Origin: Candidatus Moraniibacteriota bacterium
GTDB lineage: Bacteria; Patescibacteriota; Minisyncoccia; Moranbacterales; UBA1568
Direction of reading: 5' to 3'
DNA length: 54,017 nt
NCBI GenBank assembly: GCA_903854995.1
Contig: CAINXS010000067.1
Location: 1 to 54,017, forward strand
Below are positions 50,106-54,017 of the stretch, piece after piece. The position numbers and the translations under genes were made by a program. Within the stretch, counting starts at the first letter, position 1. Every line of letters begins with the position of its first letter. Below the pieces are notes generated by a model. That model saw only the letters and a list, made by a program, of their open reading frames with translations. It ran no database searches and was not told the origin of the DNA.

Positions 50106-51191
50106 TTAGAGAAGATCCTCGCGCCCGCGATCCTTCAGCTCGGAAATAAGTTTCTTGATGTCCGCCGCACGTTCCCGGCTGGTGACGAGCAGGGCATCGT
50201 CGGTATCAACGACGACGAGGTCGTCGACCCCGAACAACGCGATGACTTTCTTCCCGTTTCCGTACACGAGATTTCCGGACCCTTCGAGCTCAACGGTTTC
50301 GCCAAATAGGAAACTCTCACTTTTATACCTGTGCGCGAGAACATCGAAAAGAGAACTCCAGGTCCCGATATCGCTCCATCGTATCGGGGCCGGAACGACG
50401 ATCCGTGATTCGGCCGGGAGTTTCTCTACGACGATCGGCTCGATTGCCTCGACTTCGATGTCGTCGTATGCGCTCTTGTCCGCGGTACCGTTTCCGATAG
50501 CCGTGAGGACTTCCGAAAGCTTCGGCGCGTATTTCGCGATCCATCCGAGCATGGCGTCCGCGGAAAAAATGAAATATCCGGCGTTCCAAAGGTATCGCCA
50601 ATCGGCGAGGTAGGCCTCAGCCGTTTTTTGATTCGGTTTTTCCTTGAATTCGTCGGCGTAGAACGTCCGTTCCCGACCGGAATCCGTAAATTCTTCTCCC
50701 ATCCTGATATAGCCGAGTCCCGTATCCGGTGTTGTCGGGTTGATGCCGACGACCGCGAGCTTGTCCGGATGGCGCGCGATGGTCTCGAGCCCGGAGCGAA
50801 GCGCCGCGACGAACGCCTCGTCGTTCTCGATAGCGTGGTCGGACGCGATTGTCGCAATCGTCACGCCAGGCAGTCGATTCCCGAGTACGGTCGCAATAAG
50901 ACCGAGTGCCGGGCCGGTTCCCTTTGCCGAAGGTTCGAGGAGTATCTGCTCTTCGGGAACTCCGGGAAGGATGGTCCGTATCCGGCTTCCATATTTTTCG
51001 CTGCTTGCTACGAAAACACGATTTACAGGAACGACTTGCTTCACGCGGTCGTACGTTTCTTCGAGAAGAGTCTTGTCCGAGACGAATGACTGGAACTGCT
51101 TTGGCGATTCCTTTCGGGATAGAGGCCAGAGCCTGGTTCCCGACCCACCCGCGATGATGACGATCGCCAAATTTTTTTCCTGCGTTTTCAT
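50106..51191 (-). CDS. manC: mannose-1-phosphate guanylyltransferase
   Basis: IAGGSGTRLWPLSR...PKQF, LEP, SDH, FKEKP, WNAG, WSDIGTW. Confidence 0.93.
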   Translation of the reverse strand: MKTQEKNLAIVIIAGGSGTRLWPLSRKESPKQFQSFVSDKTLLEETYDRVKQVVPVNRVFVASSEKYGSRIRTILPGVPEEQILLEPSAKGTGPALGLIATVLGNRLPGVTIATIASDHAIENDEAFVAALRSGLETIARHPDKLAVVGINPTTPDTGLGYIRMGEEFTDSGRERTFYADEFKEKPNQKTAEAYLADWRYLWNAGYFIFSADAMLGWIAKYAPKLSEVLTAIGNGTADKSAYDDIEVEAIEPIVVEKLPAESRIVVPAPIRWSDIGTWSSLFDVLAHRYKSESFLFGETVELEGSGNLVYGNGKKVIALFGVDDLVVVDTDDALLVTSRERAADIKKLISELKDRGREDLL

Positions 51192-51356
51192 AGGATTTTT
51201 CGTTATTTCCGAACCGGTTTCCTCGGCGCCAGCATACCTCGAAACGGCCTGCCGATACAAGGGCGGGCGTGTTGCCGCGACCCCGTTCGAAAAACATTCA
51301 TCGTCATGGTAGAATGTGACGGTGCGGTGCGGGAGTCATCATCTTGAGGCGGACAT

Positions 51357-52043
51357 ATGGACGGTTCGTGGGCAAAAATCTTTTCCGGCGCGAACGACGT
51401 CGACAAACGTCCGCATCGGCGGATCGTTTTGGCGGTCATTTTATCGGTCTCCGTGTTGATTGCGGGCGGAGTCTTTTCGCGGTTTCGTTTCCGGTCGACG
51501 GGACCGACCGAGGCCACCCCGGTCGTCATAAAGACGGAGACGCCCCTTTCGGTTTCGCCGGTACAGGAACCGCCCGCTCCCGAAGTCGGTACGGACGCCC
51601 CGTATCAGAGCGAGCATTACCGTGCCGAAGAAATAGCGATCGGTGGCGAAATGGGCCTGTTCGTTCCGGAGTCGGACCCATCACCGCTTTCGATCGGTTT
51701 CGTGCGCGGAGAGGCGTTTTCCGCGAACGGGAAGAACGGGTCCAAGTTGGTCGTCACCTGGGAAACGAATAAGCCTGCCAGATCGCGGATATCGTACGGG
51801 AAAGGCGTCGGACAGGCGGAAGCGGTAATCGAGGAGACGGAGTATGGCACGAATCACAGCGTTATCATTCCGGATGTCACGCCTGCCTCGACGTACGTGT
51901 ACGTGATTTCCGTCACGGACAAATGGGGGGGATCGGCCCAGTCTGATCCATATGCGGTCTATACCGGTGCCAAAACCGTTTCACTTTTCGAACTCATCGC
52001 GGGAGCGGTCGGGGAAGTGTTCGGGTGGGCGGTCAAAAAATGA
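51357..52043 (+). CDS. membrane-anchored fibronectin-III-like protein
   Basis: N-terminal TM; VTWETNKPA.S.I.YG...HSV.I..VTP.STY.Y. Confidence 0.7.
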   Translation: MDGSWAKIFSGANDVDKRPHRRIVLAVILSVSVLIAGGVFSRFRFRSTGPTEATPVVIKTETPLSVSPVQEPPAPEVGTDAPYQSEHYRAEEIAIGGEMGLFVPESDPSPLSIGFVRGEAFSANGKNGSKLVVTWETNKPARSRISYGKGVGQAEAVIEETEYGTNHSVIIPDVTPASTYVYVISVTDKWGGSAQSDPYAVYTGAKTVSLFELIAGAVGEVFGWAVKK

Positions 52044-52356
52044 GGCGGCGGGCGTATCGGGATGATGGTGAAAAATGTATTCTTACGTCGATCGAGACTC
52101 TCCCAAGGGCCTCGATTTTTTACTGTTTCGGAGTCCGTTTCGTATTCCGAATTCGACGCACGATGTCCTCGCGGCGTGAATCGGCGTCATGTCGGAGGGC
52201 AGAAAAACAAAGGTTTCGTCGGCATGCGTCGAGCCGATTTTTATGGTCCGTGAAAATACCGTTGACAAGATATAAAATCGTTTTTAAAAACCGATTTTTT
52301 GTGCTAGTATTATTGGAGTAATCTATCCGTTTTTTCGGATCGGATATGGCATCCGC

Positions 52357-54017
52357 ATGACGAAGTATGTAACACAAAAAACCTGGAAAATTTTCGTACC
52401 CTTCCTCGTCGCGATAATAAGCGCGGGGATGCACATATGGTGGCAGGCCGGCCTGCGACCCGTTTTCGCGCAGTCACTTGATCAGATAAACGTCTCTCTT
52501 TCGGTTTTTGATGCCAAGAACGAGGCTGTTAACGGAACGTTCCAAGTCCGTTTCGCGATTTACAATGTCGACAGGTCGACTGTCAACGCTTCGGAAACGG
52601 CGGGAAGAGTGTGGGAAGAGACGAAACAGGTCGAGGTGAGAAACGGAATCGTCAGGACCTCGCTCGGTGATACGAACGTTCTTCCTGCGGGATTGTTTTC
52701 CGATGCTTCGCAAAGCTACTACCTCGGTGTGCGTATAGGCCAGGATTCGGAGATGGTCCCGCGCAAAAAAATATCGTCGGTTCCATCGGCACTCAATGCC
52801 ATCAGTGCTGCGGACTCCAGGTCGCTCGACGGGAAGGTCGTCGGTATGAGGTCGGGTAACATACCCGTACTCGGGACCGGTGGTAAGATCGCAATAAACC
52901 TGCTACCTACCGGAACCGGTACGAAGCAACTCGTGTTGGGGAACGACGGACGTCTGCACAACCAGAATACCGATACGGGAACCTCCGCGGATTCCTTCGT
53001 GATCGGTTCGAACACCGGGCTCGGTTCCGCAAGCTTCGATCTCTCGGTATCAAGCGCGTCCTCCAAGCCTACGCTGCGGTACGATTCGTCCGCCGGTGTC
53101 TGGCAGCTCTCGAACGACGGCACTTCGTACAGTCAGATCCTTACCGGAGCTTCCGGATCGTTCCTTCCGCTTACGGGCGGAACCATGACGGGGTCCATCG
53201 TTTTCGATCCGTCACAGACATTCGGCGGAGCGACGATCACCGAACTCGGGTATCTCTCCGGGACGACGGGGAGCATCCAATCCCAACTTAATTCGAAAGC
53301 TGATGCTTCGCACGCGCATGCCGCGAACGATATAACGTCCGGCACGCTTGGCGTCGCACGTGGCGGCACCGGAGTCTCGTCGTATAGTACCGGCGACATG
53401 CTTTATGCTAGCGGGACATCCACATTGACCACGCTCGGTATCGGTGTCGATGGCGAATGCATCGTGGTTTCCGGGGGCATGCCGGTATGGGGTGCCTGTT
53501 CCGGATTGGGCGGGAGTTCGCACGGACTTCTTTCCGCGACCCATACCGATACCGTTACTGGAACGGTTCTTCGAGGCGATCTCATTACCGGTCAGGGGAC
53601 GACCGCGAAATGGACGCGGCTCGCGATCGGTGCCATCGGGAGCATATTGCGTTCCGACGGGACCGACGCCGCCTGGGCTACGCTATCGAAGTCGGATTTC
53701 GGTCTCGGCAATGTCGAGAATACGGCTCTCTCGACATGGGGTGGTTCCGTGAATATCGCTACTCTTGGAACCGTGACATCCGGTACGTGGAGTGGAAATG
53801 CCGTCGGTGCGGCACATGGCGGTACGGGAATCACTTCTTCGGGAGCGGCTGGCAACCTTCTTCGGTCGGATGGGACCGGGTGGACCAGTTGGACGCCGAC
53901 CTACCTCTCCTCCGAAGCCGACACCCTCGCCACCGTCACCGGACGCGGCGCCACGACCTCGACCGCATCCTCCTTCACGGGCGGCGCCACCATCCGCTCG
54001 CTCACGGTCGACACCGC
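52357..54017 (+). CDS. large secreted tail-fibre-like/adhesin protein (runs off the window)
   Basis: Frame open from ATG 52357 to the window end; signal peptide ending VFA-Q; G/S/T-rich with FLPLTGGTMTG, SHAHAANDITSG, DFGLGNVEN, DTLATVTGRG; absent from the ORF track because no stop is reached. Confidence 0.85.
   Translation, partial: MTKYVTQKTWKIFVPFLVAIISAGMHIWWQAGLRPVFAQSLDQINVSLSVFDAKNEAVNGTFQVRFAIYNVDRSTVNASETAGRVWEETKQVEVRNGIVRTSLGDTNVLPAGLFSDASQSYYLGVRIGQDSEMVPRKKISSVPSALNAISAADSRSLDGKVVGMRSGNIPVLGTGGKIAINLLPTGTGTKQLVLGNDGRLHNQNTDTGTSADSFVIGSNTGLGSASFDLSVSSASSKPTLRYDSSAGVWQLSNDGTSYSQILTGASGSFLPLTGGTMTGSIVFDPSQTFGGATITELGYLSGTTGSIQSQLNSKADASHAHAANDITSGTLGVARGGTGVSSYSTGDMLYASGTSTLTTLGIGVDGECIVVSGGMPVWGACSGLGGSSHGLLSATHTDTVTGTVLRGDLITGQGTTAKWTRLAIGAIGSILRSDGTDAAWATLSKSDFGLGNVENTALSTWGGSVNIATLGTVTSGTWSGNAVGAAHGGTGITSSGAAGNLLRSDGTGWTSWTPTYLSSEADTLATVTGRGATTSTASSFTGGATIRSLTVDT

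Overview
Core-genome window of a GC-rich Patescibacteria (CPR, Parcubacteria-like) bacterium using the standard code 11. The lineage is inferred from the lack of rpmD, the mostly SD-less starts and the gene content. In order it holds: a short accessory left end (IS481-like transposase tail, a 107-bp direct repeat flanking an orphan gene); ftsK-rodZ-recA; a coiled-coil lytic transglycosylase; rpsF-ssb-rpsR-efp; pth/LCP/lepB/hisS/HIT/rpsU/yqeY/ybeY/dgkA; ftsA-ftsZ-nrdR; split comEC; ndk; tRNA-Pro(GGG); a group A [FeFe]-hydrogenase with membrane, TspO and GPAT-like neighbours; rpmB; the str-S10-spc cluster through secY-adk-map; and the 5' part of a secreted tail-fibre-like protein. The most notable signals are: (1) rpsU is the only ribosomal-protein gene with a full-length Shine-Dalgarno, as in Flavobacterium bS21 autoregulation; (2) an in-frame TAG splits fusA; (3) a hairpin-interrupted second tRNA-Pro copy; (4) strand-polarised, often mutually inverted 7-9-nt repeat arrays in many intergenic spaces; (5) structured leaders before rpsF and rplC; (6) an unannotated 56-aa ORF with its own promoter, SD and terminator. 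I see no CRISPR array, rRNA or complete defence system, and none of these candidates is established as new from sequence alone.
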